Program-made: the position numbers and the translations under genes
Shown here: positions 24,958 through 32,588 of the stretch, in pieces
How positions within the stretch are numbered: position 1 is the first letter of the stretch
Layout: each line of letters begins with the position of its first letter
Notes under the pieces: generated by a model
The model's database searches: none
Told to the model about the DNA's origin: nothing
The model's input: the letters and a program-made list of their open reading frames with translations, nothing else
Origin: a virus
Strand: one strand, 5' to 3'
Virus record (IMG/VR): IMGVR_UViG_3300045988_150517
Length of the DNA: 34,933 nucleotides

Positions 24958-25139
24958 CTTACATTTCCTCCATATAAATTTAATATTGTATTATTTCTTA
25001 GATAATCTATTTTTCTAATGATTTTTAAATCTTTTTCTTTTATTTTTGTTGGTGTACTTTCGGCTCCAAACTCTTTCATTGCAACCACTCTAAATTTTGC
25101 CAACAATGTTTGTAATTGTATATATTCTTCTTCATCCAT
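24954..25139 (-). CDS. Hypothetical protein (61 aa)
   Basis: ORF with a GGAGGA RBS. Confidence 0.5.
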   Translation of the reverse strand: MDEEEYIQLQTLLAKFRVVAMKEFGAESTPTKIKEKDLKIIRKIDYLRNNTILNLYGGNVR

Positions 25140-25148
25140 AGTATCCTC

Positions 25149-25505
25149 CTAGTTTTTTTCTAGCAGCTGTGTTTCTATTGAGCCATATTCAATATCTGTG
25201 TTTTTTAATTCATTTATAAAGTCTTTCATCACATCTATTTTTCCTTTTAGATATGCTATTTCTTTATCTTTTTCAATTAATTGCTTTTCTAGTTCTTTAT
25301 TTTTATTTAATATTTTTTCTTCTGCTTTTTTAGCTTCATTTATAACTCTTCCAGCTTGTACCATTATCACTTCAGGATTATTTAATAATTCATCAATTAT
25401 TGTTCCAATAGATTTGCTATTTTCTTTTTTTGATATGCTGCTATTTTCATTTGGTGGTTCTAGTCCATCACTATTTTTATTTCCTTTTGGTTTATATCCA
25501 CTCAT
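25149..25505 (-). CDS. Hypothetical coiled-coil protein (118 aa)
   Basis: ORF whose ATG overlaps the upstream stop. Confidence 0.5.
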   Translation of the reverse strand: MSGYKPKGNKNSDGLEPPNENSSISKKENSKSIGTIIDELLNNPEVIMVQAGRVINEAKKAEEKILNKNKELEKQLIEKDKEIAYLKGKIDVMKDFINELKNTDIEYGSIETQLLEKN

Positions 25506-26011
25506 TACTTTCCCTCCATTTCTTTATTTCTTTTCAGTTTTGCAATTACTGTAGTTTTATTATAATTTTTAGCTATTAAATATGATGTATATCCATCAAT
25601 TAAGTTGTAGTCTAAATCAATCACTATCTGCGATTCAAATTTATGATTTTCTTTGTAATATTTAAATTTTTGTTGTAGTTTCTTTGGATTTGGTTTTGAA
25701 AAATGTTCAGGTATTTTGATTTTACTTATTTCTATTTCTACTGCAGTTTCATTCATTAAGGCATCTATGATCTCTTTTTTTATTTTGCTGTCCGCTTCTT
25801 GAATATCAATAATTGCCTCATTTCCTTTTATTATTTTTAAATCACAATATCTCATTAATGCTATTGTTATCCATAATAATCCACATATTATCCATGTTTT
25901 ATTTTCACTTATTATTGATACAGTTATGTCTAATATTCCATTCATAATATAAAATACTAGCATTAATATATCTGTTCTATTTAATTTCGTTGCTTCTTCC
26001 CAAGTTTTCAT
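25505..26011 (-). CDS. Hypothetical membrane-anchored protein (168 aa)
   Basis: Two N-terminal TM helices. The C-terminal segment ..IVIDLDYNLIDGYTSYLIAKNYNKTTVIAKL.. is vaguely ParB-N-like. Confidence 0.5.
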   Translation of the reverse strand: MKTWEEATKLNRTDILMLVFYIMNGILDITVSIISENKTWIICGLLWITIALMRYCDLKIIKGNEAIIDIQEADSKIKKEIIDALMNETAVEIEISKIKIPEHFSKPNPKKLQQKFKYYKENHKFESQIVIDLDYNLIDGYTSYLIAKNYNKTTVIAKLKRNKEMEGK

Positions 26012-26012
26012 A

Positions 26013-26324
26013 TTATCCCTCCTCTAAATCATTAAATATTTTTTTATATGTTTCTACTTCATTTAATTGATTAAGTATCTCTTTTACCTCTTTTTCTGAT
26101 AACAACTCAATTTTGTCTTTATCCTGATATGATACACCAGTGTTCCCAACATATTTTCCAACATGCACAAAGAAATTTCCTTTTTGCGTTTTATATAATG
26201 TACATTCATATTTTGGATAACTATATAATCCCCAAATTGATTTTTGCTCTATTGTCTTTATATACTTTAAAATTTCTTCTGCTTTTTCTGTATCATATAC
26301 TTTATTATTTAATAGGTATTTCAT
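26013..26324 (-). CDS. Hypothetical protein (103 aa)
   Basis: ORF with a GGAGG RBS. Confidence 0.5.
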   Translation of the reverse strand: MKYLLNNKVYDTEKAEEILKYIKTIEQKSIWGLYSYPKYECTLYKTQKGNFFVHVGKYVGNTGVSYQDKDKIELLSEKEVKEILNQLNEVETYKKIFNDLEEG

Positions 26325-26613
26325 AATTTTTTACCTCCACTATTTTTAAAATTTTTAGAATATAATAATTTATATTAGGTTCTGCTCCCCAACCTACTTG
26401 TCCCTCTCCTATGGTTACAGCACATTTGCATTTAATTGTTGGAGAATTATATTTGTAACCATTTCGTAATAATACCATTGCAATTTTGCCTGTTCCCACT
26501 GTCAAATATCCAAGTCTTTTATCATAATATGGTTTCATTTCTCGATATTCTTCTTTCTTCTCTCCACTAGCAATCATATCAAACCATTTCTTTTTTATTG
26601 GTAATACAATCAT
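26305..26613 (-). CDS. ASCH-domain protein
   Basis: Likely start ATG 26613 (AAGAGGTG RBS). MIVLPIKKKWFDMIASGEKKEEYREMKPYY matches the ASCH N-terminal pattern. Confidence 0.65.
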   Translation of the reverse strand: MIVLPIKKKWFDMIASGEKKEEYREMKPYYDKRLGYLTVGTGKIAMVLLRNGYKYNSPTIKCKCAVTIGEGQVGWGAEPNINYYILKILKIVEVKNYEIPIK

Positions 26614-26893
26614 CTTCACACCTCTTTTTCGTGTTATTTGTTTCATCTATCATTTTCTTAACTACTTCCCATACCGTTTCTTCATCTTTGCCTGTTTCTT
26701 CTATAACCATTTTTATTGTTGCAGCTACGCCCATTAAAACATCTCCAACTGTTATATCTTCTTTTATGCAATATACATTTACCCCTTCCTGATCTTTTGT
26801 AAATTCAATGAATTTCTTTTCATCATAATAACAACCACGACATCCCATCTTCTCAACTCTGCAAGTATCCCATTCTTTTCCTGTACATTTCAT
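26579..26893 (-). CDS. Hypothetical Cys-containing protein (104 aa)
   Basis: ORF beginning MKCTGKEWDTCRVEKMGCRGCYY... Confidence 0.45.
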   Translation of the reverse strand: MKCTGKEWDTCRVEKMGCRGCYYDEKKFIEFTKDQEGVNVYCIKEDITVGDVLMGVAATIKMVIEETGKDEETVWEVVKKMIDETNNTKKRCEDDCITNKKEMV

Positions 26894-27276
26894 CCTTCTG
26901 TACCTCCTTTTATACTTTCTTTAGCTTCATACCAACTATTATGTATTTTTAAATTACTATTGTTTTCAATATATTCTATTATTTTAAATAATAAGCAGTT
27001 ATTTCCTTTCAAGTCATTTATAGAATTATAAGCCTCTAATGGTGGATCTACTCTTTCTCCACTTTTACTTATTTTGAATATTAATATTGGTTGAAAAAGT
27101 CCGCTTCCTATCATATTTTTTGGATATAACATTTGTAATAATATTCTCCATTCCTCATTTGTTACTTTACTTATATTTTTACTCATAATTTGTTTTATAA
27201 TTTCTTCTGTAAAATCATAATACCTGTATCTTTCACTTTCAATTAATTTTTTATCATCTTCTTTATAATTTAACAT
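26890..27276 (-). CDS. Hypothetical protein (128 aa)
   Basis: ORF with overlapping start/stop to its neighbours. Confidence 0.5.
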   Translation of the reverse strand: MLNYKEDDKKLIESERYRYYDFTEEIIKQIMSKNISKVTNEEWRILLQMLYPKNMIGSGLFQPILIFKISKSGERVDPPLEAYNSINDLKGNNCLLFKIIEYIENNSNLKIHNSWYEAKESIKGGTEG

Positions 27277-27562
27277 TTTTATTTTCCTTTCTTAATTTCA
27301 CTATAGCATTTGACCAACATTTTGTGCATCCTATTCCTTCGTAATTGCAAGTATCTTCTTCTTTTCGCTTATCTATCTTTTCTGAGCCGAATACATCTGA
27401 TGGACACATATTTATTCCACCATAGCAAAATATCTGATGACATCTCTCTTCTGTTGCATGTTCTACCACTATTTGCATTATTTCTTTATATGTAATATTT
27501 ACATCTGGTTCTTCTGTAAATATTACTTTCTTTTTTCCTTCCATATCATAAATATTAGACAT
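27263..27562 (-). CDS. Hypothetical protein (99 aa)
   Basis: ORF with a TAAGGAG RBS. Confidence 0.5.
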   Translation of the reverse strand: MSNIYDMEGKKKVIFTEEPDVNITYKEIMQIVVEHATEERCHQIFCYGGINMCPSDVFGSEKIDKRKEEDTCNYEGIGCTKCWSNAIVKLRKENKNVKL

Positions 27563-27577
27563 ACTCTTTTTTGCTCC

Positions 27578-27736
27578 TTATAATTTTATTTCTGTATCTC
27601 TTGCCTCTTTATTCATTATCAACGGTGAGTTGGTTGTTATAATTAGTTTTCTCTTTCTAAAATTCTCACAAGCCTCTTGTTGAGAGTCCTGTATTTTATT
27701 GCAAAATGGATATTTTCCACATTTTATACATTTCAT
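27578..27736 (-). CDS. Hypothetical small Cys-rich protein (52 aa)
   Basis: AGGAGG RBS 7 nt before ATG 27736. MKCIKCGKYPFCNKIQDSQQEACENFRKRKLIITTNSPLIMNKEARDTEIKL. Too short to appear in the ORF track. Confidence 0.45.
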   Translation of the reverse strand: MKCIKCGKYPFCNKIQDSQQEACENFRKRKLIITTNSPLIMNKEARDTEIKL

Positions 27737-27746
27737 ATCATTCCTC

Positions 27747-28172
27747 CTAATACTCTCCTATTTGAACTATAACTTTTGGTGTCTTGGCATACTTTTTAAA
27801 AATTCTTACATCTGTAATTTGTGAGTCATCTTTGAAAGCAAATTTATTTAGTGCATCACTAACTATTTTTCCTATATTGTCCCAGTCAGGTTTCTTTGTT
27901 GGACTTATTGCTCCACAAAGCATTTCCGCTTCTTTCTTTTTGCTTGTACTTTTAGGAATTTCAAAATAGGCTATAATTGTCATAGTTACTCTGCCCTCAA
28001 TTGGTTTGTATTGTGGATATTTATATACAAAAATCTGTCTTACCAAATATTCATAATTTTTTGTTTTTGTTGGTGTATATGCCCTTCCTGTATATGTATT
28101 CATTCGTGGTCTAGCTTTTCCAGTTATACTTTCCTCTATTTCAATTTCATATTTTAATTTCATTTGTACCAC
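27747..28172 (-). CDS. rusA: RusA-family Holliday junction resolvase
   Basis: ..ITGKARPRMN..GRAYTPTKTKNYE.. and ..KKPDWDNIGKIVSDALNKFAFKDDSQI.. are RusA signatures. Confidence 0.85.
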   Translation of the reverse strand: MVQMKLKYEIEIEESITGKARPRMNTYTGRAYTPTKTKNYEYLVRQIFVYKYPQYKPIEGRVTMTIIAYFEIPKSTSKKKEAEMLCGAISPTKKPDWDNIGKIVSDALNKFAFKDDSQITDVRIFKKYAKTPKVIVQIGEY

Positions 28173-28180
28173 CTCTTTAT

Positions 28181-28726
28181 TTACTTTTTTCCTGCATCCA
28201 TTTTTTTGATTTCTTTATCAATTAATTCTATATCTCTTCTTATATATTGTTCTTGCATTTTTACTTCGCTAAGTGAATGTATTAAAGCATCTTTTTGTCC
28301 TATCAAATATAATTTTTGACCATTTATTTGGTTTGAAACTAATTGTATTTGATAACATACTTCTCTTATTTCAATAAATATTTCGTTTGTTGTCCACTTT
28401 TTGCCACCTGTTCTACACAAAATTGGATATTTCTCCTCAAATCCTATGTAATCTCCATAGTGTGCATAGTCCCAACCTATATACCAGCCTTCTGTTGCTT
28501 TTTCATTTCCTATGTGTAATCCCTCTTCTGAATAAGTAATTCCTCCATGGACATTTATATCTATTTCACTTATTTCTTTCCCATAAAATTTATTGTTTTT
28601 AGGAATTCTAACATATGCTGTTGGATGTGTTCCTAAATTTAAAATATAGTATAATAGTCCAAAACATGTTCCTGTTTCTAATATTTCTATTTTTCTATCT
28701 GCTTGATATATCATTTCCTTTCTCAT
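28181..28726 (-). CDS. Hypothetical protein (181 aa)
   Basis: AGGAGA RBS. Conserved-looking ..VHGGITYS....WYIGWDYAHYGDY.. block of unknown family. Confidence 0.55.
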   Translation of the reverse strand: MRKEMIYQADRKIEILETGTCFGLLYYILNLGTHPTAYVRIPKNNKFYGKEISEIDINVHGGITYSEEGLHIGNEKATEGWYIGWDYAHYGDYIGFEEKYPILCRTGGKKWTTNEIFIEIREVCYQIQLVSNQINGQKLYLIGQKDALIHSLSEVKMQEQYIRRDIELIDKEIKKMDAGKK

Positions 28727-29144
28727 ATCTCATCTCTCCTTCAAAAATTTTTTCTCCAATTTTTAATTTAAATATTGGTTTTATGTTATAGCATTCTAAA
28801 AACACCATTAAGCCAATCATTGTTCTATATTTGTATTTTTCCATATATTCTTGGTGCATCTTATTAGCCTTATTTCTTTGATACCCTTTACTCATAATTA
28901 ATTTTATAAATCGTTTCTTTTTCATTGTTTTAGGCATTACGATCAAGTTTAATTCTCCTGAATATTCTTCTTCCCCTATTTCAGCAAAAGCTACACATTC
29001 ATTTTTAATTCCACCTTTAGCATATTTAGGACATCTACTTTCTTCATCAGTTAAACCAAGTTGTGCTTTTCCTAATGGCTTCATTTCTCCACTTAATCCA
29101 TTTACTGCATAAAATACAGCTTTTAAATCGCTATCTTCTCCCAT
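28695..29144 (-). CDS. Hypothetical protein (149 aa)
   Basis: ORF in the early operon. Confidence 0.5.
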   Translation of the reverse strand: MGEDSDLKAVFYAVNGLSGEMKPLGKAQLGLTDEESRCPKYAKGGIKNECVAFAEIGEEEYSGELNLIVMPKTMKKKRFIKLIMSKGYQRNKANKMHQEYMEKYKYRTMIGLMVFLECYNIKPIFKLKIGEKIFEGEMRYEKGNDISSR

Positions 29145-29432
29145 TTATTTCTCCTTTTCCAGTTCTTTCAATGCAGGTTTTAAACATTTACTACACAATG
29201 CTAATTTTAATTCTCCTCTTCCTGTAATAGTGTGTGGTATTATTGCAATTCCGCCCACCATTTCATGTCTTTTTTCTTTTATTTCTATTTCCGCTCCGCA
29301 ATAATCACATTTATAAAAGTCATATTCTTTCTTCTTCTTTGCATTTACAACTGAGCTGCCTCTTTCTATTGTTTTCATTTTTACATATACAGGAACCGTA
29401 GTTCTGTTATATAGAATGTCTAAGTTTCCCAT
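29145..29432 (-). CDS. Hypothetical zinc-ribbon-like protein (95 aa)
   Basis: CDYCG...C..C pairs. Its ATG overlaps the upstream stop. Confidence 0.5.
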   Translation of the reverse strand: MGNLDILYNRTTVPVYVKMKTIERGSSVVNAKKKKEYDFYKCDYCGAEIEIKEKRHEMVGGIAIIPHTITGRGELKLALCSKCLKPALKELEKEK

Positions 29433-30359
29433 TATACTGCCCCCATTTCTATTGTATAGGCATCATATTGTGTACTTAACTCTGTTTGTCCTATTGCGGA
29501 TAAAATACATTTTTTAAAATATTCCTTTGGTTTTTGAATTACAGTCTTCGTATTTGCTATTGAGTATTGTTTCAGTGCATATAATAGTTTTTTAGAGTTC
29601 ATCTCTTCGACTTTTTCCTTAGTTTTTAAATCCATATACATTTCTTTTAATATTTCTTTGATTTCGATAGCAAGAGCAGGATCCAAAACATGTAATTCAC
29701 AATTTTGTATAATTCTCTCAAATTCCATCTTGTCTATCTCATCCATCTTAGTTTTTGTTTTTTCTTCTTCTGGATCAGAATGATAGATAGATTTAATTTT
29801 ATTTAATTTAATTTCATTTAATTTGATTTGATTTAATTTGCATAATTTTGCATATACTTTTTTGAGTTTTGCATTACATTTGTATCGTTTTTTATATGCA
29901 CTTGCATTGCTTTTGCAATATTTTTTTATGCTTTTGCATTTTTTTGTATTTTTTACTGGTTCTGTGTTTTTTTCTTTATTCCATCTTGCATTTGCTGCTC
30001 GTTTTCTTTTTTCTTTTAAGTCTTCATATTTTTCCATTCTTCTAATAAAACTTTCAGACCAAAACATACCATCTTTTGAAGTAAATAATCCGTTTCCACT
30101 TTCACTGTCTTTATATTCGTTAATACAATCATTTATATATTGCTCTACATCTATTGTTGTGTTAGTTTGCATTTTTATCGCCCTATATGTATTCCTATTT
30201 AGTGGTAATTTATATGTTGATTCATTCCTTAACATTTCCAAGATTGCCCAATATAGACCATAGCCGTTCTAGGCCATAATCACAACGCATTGAAAGTATT
30301 TTTGGATCCGTTAGTGCATTTGAGTCATGGCTAAAATAATATGCATCTTTGTTTGCCAT
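29432..30359 (-). CDS. Replication organizer (DUF4373 / Lin1244-like N-terminus) encoded in two frames. It needs a +1 shift at CGG 30264..30266, or else it is a pseudogene.
   Basis: Frame 0: MANKDAYYFSHDSNALTDPKILSMRCDYGLE (ATG 30359, GAAAGGAG RBS). Frame +1 continues GYGLYWAILEMLRNESTYKLPLNRNTY... Together they rebuild the conserved AYYF.HD.N...DPKI....YG.EGYG.YW motif. Confidence 0.75.
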
Positions 30360-30420
30360 GTGATATACTCCTTTCTAGTATTCGACAAAATCTCTTGTTT
30401 CCTGAAAAACTATTGATTTT

Positions 30421-30789
30421 CTAAGTATTGTCAATTTTATTCATAATTCTATCTATTAATAAAAATAGCAAAGCCTTATTATTAATAGGATAATCTGTTT
30501 TAAATATTTGTTTTAAATTTAAATCCATATAAGCATAACGCATTGCTCTTTCTACTTTAGCAGCTGTTGTTCTATGCTTTTTGGCTACACTGCAGTATAA
30601 ACTCATCATTACAATTTTTCCTTCATCTTCTATGACAAGTGCTAGTGCTGTTTGCCAGTATTTAAATCCTAACAAATTTACTTTAATTCCTATTTCTTTT
30701 AATAATTGCTTTGCTATTTTCTTGATTTGTTCTGATTTTTCATCTTTATTTATATTTTGCCTATTTATTATTTTCTTATCTTTTTCCAT
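30421..30789 (-). CDS. Spo0A C-terminal (DNA-binding effector) domain-like protein with no receiver domain
   Basis: ..GIKVNLLGFKYWQTALALV...MSLYCSVAKKHRTTAAKVERAMRYAY.. compared with B. subtilis Spo0A ..GIPAHIKGYLYLREAI...[24 protein letters not shown]... Confidence 0.7.
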   Translation of the reverse strand: MEKDKKIINRQNINKDEKSEQIKKIAKQLLKEIGIKVNLLGFKYWQTALALVIEDEGKIVMMSLYCSVAKKHRTTAAKVERAMRYAYMDLNLKQIFKTDYPINNKALLFLLIDRIMNKIDNT

Positions 30790-30839
30790 AGTCTTTTATT
30801 CCCCCTTTCTTAATCGTTCAAGGTATCTTTTGTCCAGTA

Positions 30840-30989
30840 TCACATCGTACTTGCAATTCTTATTGGAATTACAACTTTTCTGTTACATTCATCACAGCAT
30901 CTTTCATCATTTATTGGTTGTGCATTGTTTCCATATCCATCATATTTTTTTCCACAAATGCTGCATATATGTTCATCTATTTTCAACAT
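30840..30989 (-). CDS. Hypothetical small zinc-ribbon protein (49 aa)
   Basis: MLKIDEHICSICGKKYDGYGNNAQPINDERCCDECNRKVVIPIRIASTM. Too short to appear in the ORF track. Confidence 0.4.
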   Translation of the reverse strand: MLKIDEHICSICGKKYDGYGNNAQPINDERCCDECNRKVVIPIRIASTM

Positions 30990-31063
30990 TTTTCTTGCCC
31001 TTTCTTACTTTCTGTGATAAAATATATAAAGAAAGTATTTTTATAAATATTTTTGTGAATCAT

Positions 31064-31216
31064 CTATTTTTCGATTTGGTTGTCGGTAGATGGTTCTTTT
31101 TTTAGGTTATCTTCACAGATAAATAAAATTTGTTGTAATATTTCTCTCAATTCCGCTTCGTTGTGAAATTCATCTATATCAGAAATAAGATCTTTTATAT
31201 CTTGATATCCTTTCAT
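31064..31216 (-). CDS. Hypothetical small protein (50 aa)
   Basis: GAAAGGAGGAAAA RBS. MKGYQDIKDLISDIDEFHNEAELREILQQILFICEDNLKKEPSTDNQIEK. Confidence 0.45.
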   Translation of the reverse strand: MKGYQDIKDLISDIDEFHNEAELREILQQILFICEDNLKKEPSTDNQIEK

Positions 31217-31294
31217 CTCATTTTCCTCCTTTCAATTGCTTTAATTTATATTGCATTGTAGCCAATGTTATAATGTGCCAAATATAGCATTTAT

Positions 31295-31456
31295 CTAGTT
31301 TGTCCATTTGATTTGCCCTTCCTTTCTAAATGTTCCCAATATAACATTTAATGCTTCAACTTCTTTTATTTGTTCTTCTGTTCTCCCCTTTTGTCTGGGC
31401 TTTCCATATCTGTAGCACATATTTTCTAATATATTAACCGCTTCTTCTATATACAT
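31295..31456 (-). CDS. Hypothetical small protein (53 aa)
   Basis: Its ATG directly follows the upstream stop. MYIEEAVNILENMCYRYGKPRQKGRTEEQIKEVEALNVILGTFRKEGQIKWTN. Confidence 0.4.
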   Translation of the reverse strand: MYIEEAVNILENMCYRYGKPRQKGRTEEQIKEVEALNVILGTFRKEGQIKWTN

Positions 31457-31600
31457 TTACATTTCCCCCAATACCCATTCTAAAGCCTCAATTATTGCTG
31501 AATGCATTTTTTGTTCTGTTGTTCTATCTTCAAAATTTGTGTTTTTTAAATGTTCTTTATGTTTTCTAATTTCTTCTTTTATTTGATTTTCTGTTTTCAT
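31457..31600 (-). CDS. Hypothetical small protein (47 aa)
   Basis: MKTENQIKEEIRKHKEHLKNTNFEDRTTEQKMHSAIIEALEWVLGEM. Confidence 0.4.
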   Translation of the reverse strand: MKTENQIKEEIRKHKEHLKNTNFEDRTTEQKMHSAIIEALEWVLGEM

Positions 31601-31811
31601 GTTTTTTATTCTCGCTTTCTTCTAAAATTGTTTCTAAAACTAATACTATAATTAAGCCTAATATTGGTATTAAGTATTCTCCTCCATATCCCTTGTAGCC
31701 TCTTATTAATGTTGCATATCCTATTGCTTTTATTGTTAATATAATTGTTGCTATTATTACTAATAGTTCTATTATTCTTACTATAAATTTTTTCTTATTA
31801 ATTATCTTCAT
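31566..31811 (-). CDS. Hypothetical membrane protein (81 aa)
   Basis: Two TM helices and a basic C-terminus. Confidence 0.5.
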   Translation of the reverse strand: MKIINKKKFIVRIIELLVIIATIILTIKAIGYATLIRGYKGYGGEYLIPILGLIIVLVLETILEESENKKHENRKSNKRRN

Positions 31812-32112
31812 TTTCTTCTTCCCCTTTCATTTGGTTTACATTCATTCTTTTTAATTCAAAATAGATCATACTTAAAATAGTTTCTTTAGGATTATTTTTG
31901 ATTTTTACACCTTGAATATATAATCTTGCTGCCTCTTTATCTGCCCTGCCTATATTTCCAATATCTGATTTTGGTATTTTAGGAAAATCAGGTTTATCAA
32001 AAATATTCCTAGCACTTACAATTCCTATTCCTAGTATTTTGGATAATTCTTTAGGTGATATTGTATCTGGTGCTTCATCCCAAGCCATTGTTGGTTTATT
32101 ATCAACCCTCAT
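31798..32112 (-). CDS. Excisionase-family / HTH_17-like DNA-binding protein
   Basis: ..ISPKELSKILGIGIVSARNIFDKPDFPKIP....ADKEAARLYIQG.. resembles MerR-superfamily excisionase-type HTH proteins. Confidence 0.5.
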   Translation of the reverse strand: MRVDNKPTMAWDEAPDTISPKELSKILGIGIVSARNIFDKPDFPKIPKSDIGNIGRADKEAARLYIQGVKIKNNPKETILSMIYFELKRMNVNQMKGEEENEDN

Positions 32113-32181
32113 AAATAATCACTCCTTGTTTTGTGTGTCGTTCCGCATTTTTTAATTCTTTCATATTATTTCCTTTCTTTT

Positions 32182-32198
32182 ACTGAATTTTATTCAGT
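32182..32198. promoter_or_regulatory. 17-bp palindromic operator-like site (copy 1)
   Basis: ACTGAAT-TTT-ATTCAGT, overlapping the cro-like gene stop. Confidence 0.5.
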
Positions 32199-32405
32199 TT
32201 TTTCTTCAAAAAAATAACTATAAACATCTTGCTCAGATATTTCCAAAACTTTAGCTGCTCGTTTTATTTGCTCTGTATCAAAAAATGATAGCCCTTTGAA
32301 TTTTCCACTAAGTGTTGGTGCTGACATGCCAATTAATGCAGCAAATTCTTTTTCTGAAAAACTTTTTTCCTTAATTCTTCCTCTTAATTTAGAATAGTCT
32401 GGCAT
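32190..32405 (-). CDS. Cro-like XRE-family HTH regulator (71 aa)
   Basis: ..FSEKEFAALIGMSAPTLSGKFKG... Divergent from the cI-like gene. RBS AAAGGAGGGG. Confidence 0.75.
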   Translation of the reverse strand: MPDYSKLRGRIKEKSFSEKEFAALIGMSAPTLSGKFKGLSFFDTEQIKRAAKVLEISEQDVYSYFFEEKTE

Positions 32406-32427
32406 CCTAATCCCCTCCTTTCTTTTT

Positions 32428-32444
32428 ACTGAATTTCATTCAGT
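32428..32444. promoter_or_regulatory. 17-bp palindromic operator-like site (copy 2)
   Basis: ACTGAAT-TTC-ATTCAGT, between the putative cro -10 and its RBS. Confidence 0.55.
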
Positions 32445-32451
32445 TTTTATT

Positions 32452-32480
32452 ATAATATCTTAACATCTTTCTTTTGTCAA
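32452..32480 (-). promoter_or_regulatory. Putative early (cro-side) promoter
   Basis: On the - strand: TTGACA (32475..32480), a 17-nt spacer, then TATTAT (32452..32457). Confidence 0.45.
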
Positions 32481-32487
32481 TACTTTT

Positions 32488-32504
32488 TTTGAATTTTTTT
32501 CAGT
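32488..32504. promoter_or_regulatory. Degenerate operator-like site (copy 3)
   Basis: TTTGAAT-TTT-TTTCAGT has the same geometry as the two perfect palindromes. It lies between the divergent promoters. Confidence 0.4.
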
Positions 32505-32529
32505 TTTTTTTATTTTTATTAAAATTTTA

Positions 32530-32558
32530 TTGACTTTTATTAAGTTTTTTTTTATAAT
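32530..32558 (+). promoter_or_regulatory. Sigma-A-type promoter of the cI-like repressor
   Basis: TTGACT (32530..32535), a 17-nt spacer, then TATAAT (32553..32558). Confidence 0.6.
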
Positions 32559-32588
32559 AGTAAATAATAATTGTAGGAGGTGTGCAAT

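Noticed and set aside
28695-28726. The 32-nt overlap between ORFs 28695..29144 and 28181..28726 as another frameshift site
   Set aside because: The downstream ORF has its own AGGAGA RBS and ATG at 28726. There is no slippery or CGG sequence, and no evidence that the two products form one conserved protein.
29791-29840. A CRISPR array or minisatellite
   Set aside because: The repeat unit is only 5 bp, there are no spacers, and the tract lies in frame inside a coding sequence. No CRISPR-like repeat-spacer structure exists anywhere in the window.
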